Shown here: in pieces, positions 1 through 10,601 of the stretch
How positions within the stretch are numbered: position 1 is the stretch's first letter
How the letters are laid out: each line of letters begins with the position of its first letter
Assembly (NCBI GenBank): GCA_032159915.1
Contig: JAVHWH010000062.1
Location: 145 to 64,144, forward strand
Reading direction: 5' to 3'
Length of the DNA: 64,000 bases
Source of the DNA: Mycobacterium sp.
GTDB lineage: Bacteria > Actinomycetota > Actinomycetes > Mycobacteriales > Mycobacteriaceae
Program-made: the position numbers and the translations under genes
Notes under the pieces: model-generated
What the model saw: only the letters and a program-made list of their open reading frames with translations
Databases searched by the model: none
Told to the model about the DNA's origin: nothing

Positions 1-80
1 GATAAGGCAGGATGGACCCGGCTGTTTTGGGGACAGCCGTCGGGGATTGCTGGAGAGCGTCCTCCCGTGCGAGGAGTCAG

Positions 81-836
81 ATGGCGGAGCAGGAGCCGGC
101 CGGCACCAACGGCGCCGAGTCGTCGAGCCGGGAGAAGTACGCCCGTGTGGTGCTCAAACTCGGTGGCGAGATGTTCGGTGGTGGCCAGGTGGGCCTGGAC
201 CCCGACGTGGTGGCGCTGGTCGCCCGTCAGATCGCCGAAGTGGTACGCACCGGCGCCCAAGTTGCCGTGGTGATCGGCGGTGGCAACTTCTTCCGCGGCG
301 CGCAACTTCAGCAACGTGGCATGGAGCGCACCCGGTCGGACTACATGGGGATGCTCGGTACCGTCATGAATAGCCTTGCGCTGCAAGACTTTCTGGAAAA
401 AGAGGGGATAGCCACCCGAGTGCAGACGGCGATCACCATGGGCCAGGTGGCCGAGCCTTACCTGCCGCTGCGAGCCGTGCGTCACCTGGAAAAGGGCCGG
501 GTGGTCATCTTCGGCGCCGGCATGGGCCTGCCGTACTTCTCGACCGACACCACCGCCGCGCAGCGGGCTTTGGAGATCGGCGCCGACGTGGTGTTGATGG
601 CCAAAGCGGTCGACGGTGTGTTCGCCGAGGATCCGCGGATCAATCCTGCCGCCGAGCTGTTCACCGCGATTACGCACCGAGAAGTCATCGACCGCGGGCT
701 GCAGGTGGCCGACGCCACCGCATTCAGCCTGTGTATGGACAATCGCATGCCGATTCTGGTTTTCAACCTGCTGACCGATGGCAATATCGCTCGGGCCGTC
801 GCGGGTGAGAAGATCGGAACGCTGGTCACCACCTAG
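81..836 (+). CDS. pyrH: UMP kinase
   Basis: [17 protein letters not shown] and PYFSTDT motifs; ATG at 81 follows AGGAG; upstream of frr. Confidence 0.97.
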   Translation: MAEQEPAGTNGAESSSREKYARVVLKLGGEMFGGGQVGLDPDVVALVARQIAEVVRTGAQVAVVIGGGNFFRGAQLQQRGMERTRSDYMGMLGTVMNSLALQDFLEKEGIATRVQTAITMGQVAEPYLPLRAVRHLEKGRVVIFGAGMGLPYFSTDTTAAQRALEIGADVVLMAKAVDGVFAEDPRINPAAELFTAITHREVIDRGLQVADATAFSLCMDNRMPILVFNLLTDGNIARAVAGEKIGTLVTT

Positions 837-854
837 AAGGGAGGAGCGGCAGAA

Positions 855-1412
855 ATGATTGACGAGACTCTCTTTGACGCCGAAGAGAAGATGGAAAAGG
901 CCGTGTCGGTCAGTCGTGACGATTTGTCGACGATCCGGACCGGCCGGGCCAACCCGAGCATGTTCAACCGCATCGTCATCGACTACTACGGTTCTGCCAC
1001 TCCGATCACGCAGCTGGCCAGCATCAACGTTGCCGAGGCGCGGATGGTTGTCATCAAGCCCTACGAGGCCGGCACGCTCGGCAGCATCGAGGCGGCGATC
1101 CGCAACTCAGACCTCGGGGTCAACCCCACCAACGACGGCACCCTGATCCGGGTGGCCGTGCCGCAGCTGACCGAGGAACGCCGTCGCGAGCTGGTCAAGC
1201 AGGCCAAAGCCAAAGGCGAGGACGCCAAGGTGTCGGTGCGCAACATTCGCCGTAAGGCGATGGAGGAGTTGCACCGGATCCGTAAAGACGGCGAGGCCGG
1301 TGACGACGAGGTCTCCCGCGCCGAGAAGGACCTGGACAAGTCCACCCAGCAGTATGTGGCCCAGATCGAGGATTTGGTCAAACACAAGGAAGGCGAGCTG
1401 CTGGAGGTCTAG
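855..1412 (+). CDS. frr: ribosome recycling factor
   Basis: IRTGRANP and [13 protein letters not shown] motifs, 185 aa. Confidence 0.98.
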   Translation: MIDETLFDAEEKMEKAVSVSRDDLSTIRTGRANPSMFNRIVIDYYGSATPITQLASINVAEARMVVIKPYEAGTLGSIEAAIRNSDLGVNPTNDGTLIRVAVPQLTEERRRELVKQAKAKGEDAKVSVRNIRRKAMEELHRIRKDGEAGDDEVSRAEKDLDKSTQQYVAQIEDLVKHKEGELLEV

Positions 1413-1435
1413 CGGCCGCTCAGCAGACGACGTCC

Positions 1436-2350
1436 GTGGCAGAAACTGGTACCGGCGCAGACCTCCCCGCCGATGATGCGGTGCAGGAGCCGCCGGCCGG
1501 CAAGCGAAAGAAATCGCGGGCCGGCCGCAACCTACCGGCGGCGATCGCCGTGGGTGCTTTCCTCGCGTTCACCATCGTCGCGATCTTGATCTGGGACCGC
1601 TATCTCTGGGTTCTGCTGGTGGCCCTCGCGATGCCCGTGGCGACCCATGAGGTGGTGCGCAGGCTCCGCGAGGCCGGCTACATGATCCCGTTCATCCCGC
1701 TGCTGGTCGGCGGTCAGCTGATGATCTGGCTGACCTGGCCCTATCACGCGGCCGGGGCGCTGGCCGGCTTCGGGGTCACCGCGGTGGTGTGCATGTTCTG
1801 GCGTCTGGCGCTGGGCGCTTCATCCGCCCCGGAGGGATCTGCCGATTCGCCGTCGGGAAACTACCTGCGCGACGTCGCAGCCTCGGTCTTTCTGGCGGCC
1901 TGGGTACCGCTGTTCGCGTCGTTCAGTGTGCTGCTGGTGTATCCGCATAATGGCTCCGGCCGGGTGTTCTGTCTGATGATCGGAGTGGTCTTTTCCGACG
2001 TCGGCGGCTACGCGGTCGGCGTGCTGTTCGGCAAGCACCCGATGGTTCCCTCGATCAGCCCCAACAAGTCGTGGGAGGGATTGGTGGGTTCGCTGTTTTT
2101 CGGGATCACCGCGGTCACGGTGGCTGCAACGATGCTGGCTCACAAGCCGGCGTGGATCGGGTTGCTGCTGGGCCTCACAATCGTGGTCACCGCGACCCTC
2201 GGCGACCTGGTCGAGTCGCAAATCAAGCGAGATCTGGGCATCAAGGACATGGGCCGGATACTGCCCGGTCACGGCGGCCTGATGGACCGGCTGGACGGGA
2301 CGCTGCCGTCGGCGGTCGCGACCTGGACCGTCCTGACCCTGCTGCCCTGA
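1436..2350 (+). CDS. cdsA: phosphatidate cytidylyltransferase
   Basis: SPNKSWEG and KRDLGIKDMGRILPGHGGLMDRLD signature; multi-TM. Confidence 0.97.
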   Translation: MAETGTGADLPADDAVQEPPAGKRKKSRAGRNLPAAIAVGAFLAFTIVAILIWDRYLWVLLVALAMPVATHEVVRRLREAGYMIPFIPLLVGGQLMIWLTWPYHAAGALAGFGVTAVVCMFWRLALGASSAPEGSADSPSGNYLRDVAASVFLAAWVPLFASFSVLLVYPHNGSGRVFCLMIGVVFSDVGGYAVGVLFGKHPMVPSISPNKSWEGLVGSLFFGITAVTVAATMLAHKPAWIGLLLGLTIVVTATLGDLVESQIKRDLGIKDMGRILPGHGGLMDRLDGTLPSAVATWTVLTLLP

Positions 2351-2362
2351 GGCCTGGCGATC

Positions 2363-3463
2363 ATGAAACAGGAGTTGGTATTCGAAGCACCTCGGCGGTC
2401 GCTGCCGCCGCGACACCTGGCCGACCTTGACGAGGCGGCCAGCGCGGAGGCCGTCGCGGAGCTGGGTCTGCCGCCGTTTCGGGCCAAGCAGTTGGCCCAT
2501 CAGTACTACGGCCGGTTGATTGCCGACCCGCAGCAGATGACCGACCTTCCGGTTGCGGTCCGCGGCCAGGTGGCGGAGGCGCTGTTTCCGAGGCTGCTGA
2601 CCGCGGCCCGGGAGATCACCTGCGATGCCGGCGAAACCCGCAAGACGTTGTGGCGGGCGGTCGACGGCACCACCTTCGAGTCGGTGCTGATGCGGTACCC
2701 GAAGCGCAACACGGTGTGCATCTCCTCGCAGGCGGGCTGCGGTATGGCGTGCCCGTTCTGCGCGACCGGTCAGGGTGGACTGACCAGGAATCTTTCGGCT
2801 GCCGAAATCGTCGAACAGGTCCGGGCCGCGGCCGCGACGCTGCGTGACGAGTGGGGCGACCGTCTGTCCAACGTGGTGTTCATGGGCATGGGGGAGCCGC
2901 TGGCCAACTATGCCCGAGTGCTGAGCGCGGTGCGTCGTATCACCGGGTCGGCCGAGAAGGGTGCCGGCTTCGGTATCTCGGCACGGTCGGTGACGGTGTC
3001 GACGGTCGGCCTGGCCCCGGCGATCCGCAAACTCGCCGACGAGCGACTCGGGGTGACATTGGCGCTGTCGCTGCATGCCCCTGACGACGAGCTACGCGAC
3101 ACCCTGGTGCCGGTCAACAACCGGTGGAAGGTCAGCGAAGCGCTCGATGCAGCTCACTACTACGCCGAGGAGACCGGTCGGCGGGTTTCGGTGGAGTACG
3201 CGTTGATCCGCGACGTCAACGACCAGCCGTGGCGCGCGGACCTGCTGGGCAGCCAGCTGCACCGGGCGCTGGGCCCGCTGGTGCATGTGAACCTGATTCC
3301 GTTGAACCCGACACCGGGCAGCGAATGGGACGCCAGCCCCAAAGCTGCGGAGCGGGAATTCGTTCGACGGGTCCGCGCGGCCGGTGTGGCGTGCACGGTG
3401 CGCGATACGCGGGGCCGGGAGATTGCCGCCGCATGCGGCCAGTTGGCCGCCGAAGGCGGGTAG
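2363..3463 (+). CDS. rlmN: 23S rRNA (A2503-C2) radical SAM methyltransferase
   Basis: [16 protein letters not shown]-terminal AACGQL. Confidence 0.97.
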   Translation: MKQELVFEAPRRSLPPRHLADLDEAASAEAVAELGLPPFRAKQLAHQYYGRLIADPQQMTDLPVAVRGQVAEALFPRLLTAAREITCDAGETRKTLWRAVDGTTFESVLMRYPKRNTVCISSQAGCGMACPFCATGQGGLTRNLSAAEIVEQVRAAAATLRDEWGDRLSNVVFMGMGEPLANYARVLSAVRRITGSAEKGAGFGISARSVTVSTVGLAPAIRKLADERLGVTLALSLHAPDDELRDTLVPVNNRWKVSEALDAAHYYAEETGRRVSVEYALIRDVNDQPWRADLLGSQLHRALGPLVHVNLIPLNPTPGSEWDASPKAAEREFVRRVRAAGVACTVRDTRGREIAAACGQLAAEGG

Positions 3464-3511
3464 CTGGAGCGGATGCACATTGGGTCCCGCATGCGGCCAG
3501 TTGGCCGCCGA
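3429..3511. repeat. 25-bp perfect direct repeat duplicating the rlmN 3' end
   Basis: CCGCATGCGGCCAGTTGGCCGCCGA at 3429-3453 and 3487-3511. Confidence 0.9.
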
Positions 3512-3516
3512 GCTGC

Positions 3517-3771
3517 CTATCTGAGCCAGCCGCGCCGTCGGCCCCACATGTCGCGCACCAGGAAGAAGACGCCCAGCAGGGCGAAACCGATCACCCACAG
3601 GTCTTCAATATGGCCGACGTGGTTGCCGCGCAGGAAGGCCACCAGCAGGCCGATGATGAACAGGCCGGTGATGTGCCAAGTGCGATAGTTGATCCTGCTC
3701 CAACCCCAGTTCGCCGACGGCACATCGGCGAGGTCGACCCCGTTGGAGCGCTCCACCTCGGTACTGGCCAC
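3517..3771 (-). CDS. DUF2631-like small membrane protein (Rv2876-like)
   Basis: [14 protein letters not shown] and [11 protein letters not shown] motifs; two TM segments. Confidence 0.85.
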   Translation of the reverse strand: MASTEVERSNGVDLADVPSANWGWSRINYRTWHITGLFIIGLLVAFLRGNHVGHIEDLWVIGFALLGVFFLVRDMWGRRRGWLR

Positions 3772-3860
3772 GGCAAACTCCTCGGGTAGGGATCGGGATG
3801 CCTAATATTCTGGCACATCGAGATTCGTCGGACGCGCCAGAGGCGCGGCACAATGAGTGG

Positions 3861-5123
3861 GTGTCCAACCGCCGCGACGGCCGCTCGCGCAGCATCGAGA
3901 GTGAAGCAGGCTTCACGCTCGGCGCCCAGCGTGAAGCTGATCGCCTGCTCGGCGCCACCCGTCGCCTCAAGACCCTGGTGCTGGGCAGTACCGGCTCGAT
4001 CGGCACCCAGGCGCTCGAGGTCATCGCTGCCAACCCCGATCGCTTCGAGTTGGTGGGGATGGCGGCCGGCGGCGGTCACCCGGACCTGCTGGACCGGCAG
4101 CGCGCCCAGACCGGAGTGAGCAATATCGCCGTCGCGGATGAGCGCGCGGCCCAGGTGGTCGGCGATGTCACCTACAGCGGGCCTGACGCCGCGACCCGGC
4201 TGATCGAGAACACCGAAGCCGACGTCGTGTTGAACGCGTTGGTCGGCGCGCTGGGTCTGCAGCCGACGCTGACCGCGCTGGCCTCCGGCGCACGCTTGGC
4301 GCTGGCCAACAAGGAGTCGCTGATCGCCGGTGGACCGCTGGTGCTGGCCGCCGCGCAGCCGGGTCAGATCGTGCCGGTGGACTCTGAACACTCCGCGCTG
4401 GCGCAGTGCCTGCGCGGTGGCAGCGCCGACGAGGTCGCCAAGCTGGTGCTCACCGCATCCGGCGGCCCGTTCCGCGGCTGGTCGGCCGCCGATCTCGAGC
4501 ACGTCACACCCAAACAGGCCGGTGCGCATCCGACCTGGTCGATGGGGCCGATGAATACGTTGAACTCGGCGTCGCTGGTCAACAAGGGTCTCGAACTGAT
4601 CGAAGCCCACCTGCTGTTCGGCATCCCTTACGGCCGCATCGACGTGGTGGTGCATCCGCAGTCGATCGTGCACTCGATGGTCACGTTCACCGACGGCTCG
4701 ACGATCGCCCAGGCGAGTCCCCCGGACATGAAGCTGCCGATCGCACTGGCGCTGGGCTGGCCGTGCCGCGTGCCCGCGGCGGCTGCCGCCTGCGACTTCG
4801 CCACCGCGTCGAGGTGGGAGTTCGAGCCGCTGAACGACGAGGTTTTCCCGGCCGTCGCGCTGGCCCGCCGGGCCGGCGAGGTGGGTGGCTGCATGACCGC
4901 CGTCTACAACGCCGCGAACGAAGAGGCGGCGGAGGCGTTCCTGGCCGGGCGGATCGGTTTCCCGGCGATCGTGCAAACAATTGCCGAGGTCCTGAGCGCC
5001 GCCGACCAGTGGGCCGCAGAACCCGCTACCGTGGAAGACGTTCTCGATGCGCAGCACTGGGCACGTGCTGAGGCACTTGCTTTGATCGGGCGCACCGCAC
5101 AGGAGGTTTCACCGACTCGATGA
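3861..5123 (+). CDS. dxr: 1-deoxy-D-xylulose 5-phosphate reductoisomerase
   Basis: [29 protein letters not shown]; GTG start at 3861 inferred. Confidence 0.96.
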   Translation: MSNRRDGRSRSIESEAGFTLGAQREADRLLGATRRLKTLVLGSTGSIGTQALEVIAANPDRFELVGMAAGGGHPDLLDRQRAQTGVSNIAVADERAAQVVGDVTYSGPDAATRLIENTEADVVLNALVGALGLQPTLTALASGARLALANKESLIAGGPLVLAAAQPGQIVPVDSEHSALAQCLRGGSADEVAKLVLTASGGPFRGWSAADLEHVTPKQAGAHPTWSMGPMNTLNSASLVNKGLELIEAHLLFGIPYGRIDVVVHPQSIVHSMVTFTDGSTIAQASPPDMKLPIALALGWPCRVPAAAAACDFATASRWEFEPLNDEVFPAVALARRAGEVGGCMTAVYNAANEEAAEAFLAGRIGFPAIVQTIAEVLSAADQWAAEPATVEDVLDAQHWARAEALALIGRTAQEVSPTR

Positions 5124-6325
5124 TGTTCGTTATCGGCATCGTGCTGTTCGCGCTCGCCATCCTCATCTCGGTGGCGCTGCACGAATGCGGCCACATGTGG
5201 GTCGCGCTGGGCACCGGCATGAAGGTGCGCCGCTACTTCGTCGGCTTCGGCCCGACCTTGTGGTCGACCCGCCGCGGCGAAACCGAGTACGGACTCAAGG
5301 CGATCCCGGCCGGCGGCTTCTGCGACATCGCCGGCATGACGTCGGTCGAAGAATTGCAACCCGACGAACACGACCGCGCGATGTACAAGCAGAAGACCTG
5401 GAAGCGGGTGGCGGTGCTGTTCGCCGGCCCCGGCACGAACTTCGTGATCGGCTTGGTGCTGATCTACGCCATCGCAGTTATCTGGGGGCTCCCCAATCTG
5501 CATCCCACCGCCGTCGTCGGCCAAACAGCTTGCGCTGCAGGCGAAATAAAGCAGGGTGACTTCGAGAAGTGCGCGGGCGACGGCCCAGCGGCGGCCGCCG
5601 GGATCCGGGCCGGTGACGTGGTGCTCAAGGTCGGCAACACCCCGGTGACCGATTTCTCCGACATGGCCGGCGTCGTGCAGAAGCTGCACGGCACCGTCCC
5701 GGTTGTAATCAAACGCGACGGTCAGACGATGACCAAATACGTCGACATCGCCCAGCGGCAGCGCTGGGTGACCAACGGCAAGGCCGGCGCCAAGCCGGCG
5801 ACCATCGGCGTCATGGGAGTCGTCGGCACCCAACCCGGCCCTACTCACTACAACCCGATCAGCGCGATACCGGGAACGTTCACCTTCACCGGCAACCTGA
5901 CCGTGTTGCTGGGCAAGTCGCTTATTGCCATCCCCACGAAGGTCGGCGCGCTGGTCCACGCGATCGGTGGTGGGGAGCGTTCGCTGGACACCCCGATCAG
6001 CGTCGTCGGCGCGAGCATCATCGGTGGGGACACCGTGGACCACGGTGTATGGATGGCGTTCTGGTTGTTCCTGGCCCAGCTGAACTTCATCCTCGGCGTC
6101 ATCAATTTGGTGCCGCTGCTGCCGTTCGACGGCGGCCACATCGCGATCGCGCTGTTCGAGAAGCTTCGTAACCTGATTCGCACGGCCCGCGGCAAGGTCG
6201 CCGCGGCGCCGGTCAACTACCTCAAGCTGATGCCCGCAACCTACGTAGTGTTGGTTCTGGTCGTCGGTTACATGCTGCTGACGGTGACTGCCGATGTGGT
6301 CAACCCCATCCGGCTGTTCCAGTAG
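5120..6325 (+). CDS. rip1: site-2 (M50) zinc metalloprotease with PDZ domain
   Basis: HECGH and [11 protein letters not shown] motifs; between dxr and ispG. Confidence 0.95.
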   Translation: MMFVIGIVLFALAILISVALHECGHMWVALGTGMKVRRYFVGFGPTLWSTRRGETEYGLKAIPAGGFCDIAGMTSVEELQPDEHDRAMYKQKTWKRVAVLFAGPGTNFVIGLVLIYAIAVIWGLPNLHPTAVVGQTACAAGEIKQGDFEKCAGDGPAAAAGIRAGDVVLKVGNTPVTDFSDMAGVVQKLHGTVPVVIKRDGQTMTKYVDIAQRQRWVTNGKAGAKPATIGVMGVVGTQPGPTHYNPISAIPGTFTFTGNLTVLLGKSLIAIPTKVGALVHAIGGGERSLDTPISVVGASIIGGDTVDHGVWMAFWLFLAQLNFILGVINLVPLLPFDGGHIAIALFEKLRNLIRTARGKVAAAPVNYLKLMPATYVVLVLVVGYMLLTVTADVVNPIRLFQ

Positions 6326-6385
6326 CGCGGGCTGGTTCGCCTCAAGGCCCCGGCTTCACCGAACGATAGCGAGAGAAGGCAAACA

Positions 6386-7543
6386 GTGACCACAGGTCTG
6401 GGTATGCCGGCGGCGCCGGCGCCCACGCTGGCACCGCGGCGCAAGACGCGACAGCTGATGGTCCGGGACGTCGGTGTGGGAAGTGACCACCCGATTTCGG
6501 TGCAGTCGATGTGCACCACCAAAACTCACGACATCAACGCGACCCTGCAGCAGATCGCCGAGTTGACCGCCGCCGGCTGCAACATCGTCCGAGTGGCGTG
6601 CCCGCGTCAGGAAGACGCCGACGCGCTCGGCGCCATTGCCACGAAGAGCCAGATCCCGGTCATTGCCGACATCCATTTCCAGCCGAAGTACATCTTCGCG
6701 GCGATCGACGCCGGCTGCGCAGCCGTCCGGGTCAACCCCGGCAACATCAAGGAGTTCGACGGCCGGGTCGGGGAGGTGGCGAAAGCTGCTGGCGCCGCGG
6801 GCATTCCGATTCGCATCGGTGTCAACGCCGGATCGCTGGACAAGCGGTTCATGGAGAAGTACGGCAAGGCAACCCCCGAGGCGCTGGTCGAGTCGGCGCT
6901 GTGGGAGGCCTCGCTGTTCGAGGAGCACGGCTTCGGCGACATCAAGATCAGCGTCAAGCACAACGACCCGGTGGTGATGGTCGCGGCGTACGAGCAACTC
7001 GCCGCCCAATGCGACTATCCCCTGCACCTGGGCGTCACCGAGGCTGGTCCGGCCTTCCAGGGCACGATCAAGTCGGCCGTCGCGTTCGGTGCGCTGTTGT
7101 CGCGGGGTATCGGTGACACCATTCGGGTCTCGTTGTCGGCGCCGCCGGTCGAGGAGGTCAAGGTCGGCACTCAGATTCTCGAGTCACTGAACCTTCGGCC
7201 GCGTGGGCTGGAGATCGTGTCCTGCCCGTCCTGCGGGCGCGCACAGGTCGACGTATACAGCTTGGCCAATGAAGTCACGGCCGGTCTGGAGGGCCTCGAC
7301 GTACCGCTGCGGGTGGCCGTGATGGGCTGCGTCGTCAACGGTCCAGGGGAGGCGCGCGAGGCCGACCTCGGCGTCGCGTCCGGTAACGGCAAGGGGCAGA
7401 TCTTCGTGCGGGGCGAGGTGATCAAGACGGTCCCGGAAGCGCAAATCGTCGAGACGCTGATCGAAGAGGCGTTGCGGTTGGCCAACGAGACCGGCGCTGA
7501 CGGGTCAACGACGAGCGGTTCGCCAGTTGTGACCGTAAGCTGA
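6386..7543 (+). CDS. ispG: HMBPP synthase
   Basis: [28 protein letters not shown]. Confidence 0.98.
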   Translation: MTTGLGMPAAPAPTLAPRRKTRQLMVRDVGVGSDHPISVQSMCTTKTHDINATLQQIAELTAAGCNIVRVACPRQEDADALGAIATKSQIPVIADIHFQPKYIFAAIDAGCAAVRVNPGNIKEFDGRVGEVAKAAGAAGIPIRIGVNAGSLDKRFMEKYGKATPEALVESALWEASLFEEHGFGDIKISVKHNDPVVMVAAYEQLAAQCDYPLHLGVTEAGPAFQGTIKSAVAFGALLSRGIGDTIRVSLSAPPVEEVKVGTQILESLNLRPRGLEIVSCPSCGRAQVDVYSLANEVTAGLEGLDVPLRVAVMGCVVNGPGEAREADLGVASGNGKGQIFVRGEVIKTVPEAQIVETLIEEALRLANETGADGSTTSGSPVVTVS

Positions 7544-7587
7544 CGTTGTCCTGATCGGACCTAGTATCCGCCGCAGAAAGAGTCAGT

Positions 7588-8442
7588 ATGTCGGCTCCGC
7601 CCATCCGCCGCATGGTCAGCGAGCGACGGGTGTCAGTTGTGCGCGACGGCGCCTCGGTGCGCCGGGTTTTCGACGACGACCCGGTCGGCTCCTGCATGGT
7701 CGCCGCCCGGGTGGCCGATCACGGCTTGGACACCAACTCGATTGGCGGAGAGCTGTGGACACGCCGGGGGCCCGACGAGTCGTTGTGCTACGCCGGCGCC
7801 AACCTGATTCCGCTGCGCGGTCGGCCCGATGATCTGTACGCATTCGCTGATGCGGCTCTGACCGGGTCGCGACGGTGCTCGTCGCTGGTCGGGCGGGCTG
7901 AGCTGGTGATGCCGATGTGGCATCGCCTCGAGCCCGCCTGGGGCCCGGCACGCGACGTGCGTGACCGTCAGCCGTTGATGGCGCTGACGACGATGCCGAC
8001 CTGCGCGATCGATCCTGGCGTGCGGCAGGTCAAGCCGGACGAACTCGACACCTATCTGGTGGCGGCGATCGACATGTTCATCGGCGAGGTGGGCGTCGAC
8101 CCGCGGCTCGGCGACGGCGGGCGCGGCTACCGGCGCCGGGTCGCCAGCCTGATCGCGGCCGGACGGGCGTGGGCCCGGTTCGAAAACGGCGAGGTGGTCT
8201 TCAAGGCCGAGGTCGGATCGCAGTCACCGACGGTCAGCCAGATCCAGGGAGTCTGGGTGCATCCCGAATGGCGTGGCCGTGGCCTCGGCACGGCGGGCAC
8301 TGCGACGTTGGCCGCGGTCATCGTCGGCACCGGCCGCACGGCCAGCCTGTACGTCAACGACTTCAACGCCGTGGCGCGGGCGACGTACGACCGGATCGGG
8401 TTCAACGAGGTCGGCACGTTCGCCACGGTTCTGCTGGACTGA
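7588..8442 (+). CDS. GNAT family acetyltransferase (Rv2867c-like)
   Basis: VWVHPEWRGRGLG acetyl-CoA motif; position after ispG. Confidence 0.88.
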   Translation: MSAPPIRRMVSERRVSVVRDGASVRRVFDDDPVGSCMVAARVADHGLDTNSIGGELWTRRGPDESLCYAGANLIPLRGRPDDLYAFADAALTGSRRCSSLVGRAELVMPMWHRLEPAWGPARDVRDRQPLMALTTMPTCAIDPGVRQVKPDELDTYLVAAIDMFIGEVGVDPRLGDGGRGYRRRVASLIAAGRAWARFENGEVVFKAEVGSQSPTVSQIQGVWVHPEWRGRGLGTAGTATLAAVIVGTGRTASLYVNDFNAVARATYDRIGFNEVGTFATVLLD

Positions 8443-8453
8443 CCGGGCTGCTC

Positions 8454-8513
8454 CGCCGAGATCGACGTGGGCGAAACCGCCCCCACGTTCACGCGCTGAC
8501 GTCGATCTCGGCG
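8454..8513. repeat. REP-like palindrome / stem-loop after the GNAT gene
   Basis: 15-bp perfect arms CGCCGAGATCGACGT (8454-8468) and ACGTCGATCTCGGCG (8499-8513). Confidence 0.8.
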
Positions 8514-8577
8514 CCGTCACCGGCATCACGGTGCGCCTCCGTCGTTTCGAGGTCACAGTTTCCTAACATCAGCCACA

Positions 8578-10395
8578 ATGGTAACAAAATTCACATTGGC
8601 ATCAGCTGCCACATTCGGGGTCGCAGTACTGGTCACGACGACCTCCGTCTCGGCTTGCACCCCGAAACAGGAGGGGCCCACCCCGGCGGCCCAGAAGTTT
8701 TTCGCCGCGCTGGCCACCGGCGACACCGCGGCGGCCGCCGACCTCAGCGACAACCCCAGCGATGCACGCGAAGCGCTCAATGCGGCCTGGGCGGGTCTGC
8801 AGGCCAGCCACCTCGACACCCAGATTCTCGGATCGAAGTACGCCGAGGACACCGGCTCGGTCAGCTACCGCTACACCTGGCACCTGCCCAAGAATCGGAA
8901 TTGGACCTATGACGGGCAGCTGAAAATGGCTCGCTATGAAGGTCATTGGCAGATCCGCTGGAACAGCACCGACCTGCATCCGCGTCTCGGCGAGCATCAA
9001 ACGCTCGCGCTGCGGGCCGATTCGCCCAAACGTGCCTCAGTGAACGAAGTGGGCGGCAGCGATGTGCTGGCGCCGGGCTACCTGTACCACTACACGCTGG
9101 ACGCATCGAAGGCCGGCGCATTTCTGATCAGCACCGCCCGGTCGGTGGTCGACGCGTTGCATCCTTTCGATGACGCGATCAACGACCCACAGCGGCTGGC
9201 GGAGCAGGCCAGCGGCACCGGCAAGCCGGTCGACCTGATCACGCTGCGCACCGACGACAACAACAACATCGCCCCGGCCCTGGGCAGCCTGCCCGGCGTG
9301 GTGATCACCCCGCAGGCCGAACTGCTGCCCACCGACTATCACTTCGCGCCGGCGCTGATCAACCAGGTGAAGAAGGCGGTGATCGACGAGCTCGACGGCG
9401 AGGCGGGCTGGCGGGTGGTCAGCATCAACCAGAACAACGTCGATCTGGCGGTGCTGCACGAGGTGCAGCCGTCGCCGGCCCCGTCGGTGTCGATCACCCT
9501 GGACCGGGCCGTGCAGAACGCCGCTCAGCGCGCGGTCGACAACCAGGGCCGCCAGGCGATGATCGTCGTGATCAAGCCGTCGACCGGGGAGATCCTTGCG
9601 GTCGCACAGAATTCCGCGGCCGACGCGCTGGGGCCGTTGGCTACCACCGGCCTTTACCCGCCGGGGTCGACCTTCAAGATGGTCACCGCGGGTGCGGCGC
9701 TCGAACGCGACATGGCAAGCCCCAACACGCTTCTGGGCTGCCCCGGCCACCTCGATGTCGGTCAGCGTGTTATTCCCAACTACGGCGGCTTCGACCTGGG
9801 CGTGGTGCCGATGTCCCGCGCGTTCGCCAGTTCGTGCAACACCACGTTCGCCCGGTTGGCCAGCCAGATGCCGCCGCGAGGTCTGACGCAGGCCGCCAAC
9901 AAATACGGTATGGGATTGGACTATCAGATCGACGGCCTCAGCACGGTCACCGGATCGGTACCGCCCACGGTCGACCTGGCCGAGCGCACCGAGGACGGGT
10001 TCGGCCAGGGCAAGGTGCTGGCGTCCCCGTTCGGTATGGCGATGGTCGCTGCGACGGTGGCGGCCGGAAAGGCGCCGACACCCAAGCTCATCGAAGGACG
10101 GCCCACGACGATCACCGGTGACACCACACCGATCAGCGAGAAGATGATCGAAGGTCTGCGCCCGATGATGCGCCTGGTGGTGACCAACGGCACCGGCAAG
10201 GAGATCGCCGGCTGCGGCGAGGTGTACGGCAAGACCGGTGAGGCCGAGTTCCCCGGTGGATCACATTCCTGGTTCGCGGGCTACCGCGGCGACTTGGCCT
10301 TCGCATCGCTGATCGTCGGGGGAGGCAGCTCGGAGTACGCGGTGCGGATGACCAAGTTCATGTTCGAGTCGATGCCTGCCGGCTACCTCGCCTGA
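8578..10395 (+). CDS. penicillin-binding lipoprotein, transpeptidase (Rv2864c-like)
   Basis: lipobox-like VSAC; STFK, SCN and KTG motifs. Confidence 0.93.
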   Translation: MVTKFTLASAATFGVAVLVTTTSVSACTPKQEGPTPAAQKFFAALATGDTAAAADLSDNPSDAREALNAAWAGLQASHLDTQILGSKYAEDTGSVSYRYTWHLPKNRNWTYDGQLKMARYEGHWQIRWNSTDLHPRLGEHQTLALRADSPKRASVNEVGGSDVLAPGYLYHYTLDASKAGAFLISTARSVVDALHPFDDAINDPQRLAEQASGTGKPVDLITLRTDDNNNIAPALGSLPGVVITPQAELLPTDYHFAPALINQVKKAVIDELDGEAGWRVVSINQNNVDLAVLHEVQPSPAPSVSITLDRAVQNAAQRAVDNQGRQAMIVVIKPSTGEILAVAQNSAADALGPLATTGLYPPGSTFKMVTAGAALERDMASPNTLLGCPGHLDVGQRVIPNYGGFDLGVVPMSRAFASSCNTTFARLASQMPPRGLTQAANKYGMGLDYQIDGLSTVTGSVPPTVDLAERTEDGFGQGKVLASPFGMAMVAATVAAGKAPTPKLIEGRPTTITGDTTPISEKMIEGLRPMMRLVVTNGTGKEIAGCGEVYGKTGEAEFPGGSHSWFAGYRGDLAFASLIVGGGSSEYAVRMTKFMFESMPAGYLA

Positions 10396-10419
10396 AAGCC
10401 GTTCTCCCGCAGAAAGAAA

Positions 10420-10461
10420 GCTGTCGCCCGGCCGCGAGGGGCGACCGGGCGACAGGCTTTT
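10420..10461 (+). terminator. intrinsic terminator after the PBP gene
   Basis: CTGTCGCCCGG...CCGGGCGACAG stem followed by TTTT. Confidence 0.65.
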
Positions 10462-10531
10462 CACTTCGCCGAGCATGTAGACGCGCCGGGGCTCCGGCGT
10501 TGTCCCGCTGCCGGCTCGACGTTGTGGCGTC

Positions 10532-10567
10532 CGGACCGGTGGGAAGACCCCCCTCCCCACCGGTCCG
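10532..10567 (-). terminator. hairpin downstream of the repeat-protein gene
   Basis: 12-bp arms CGGACCGGTGGG / CCCACCGGTCCG, 35 nt past the stop codon. Confidence 0.55.
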
Positions 10568-10601
10568 AACAACACCTCTAATCGAGGTGGATCTAACCGG
10601 A

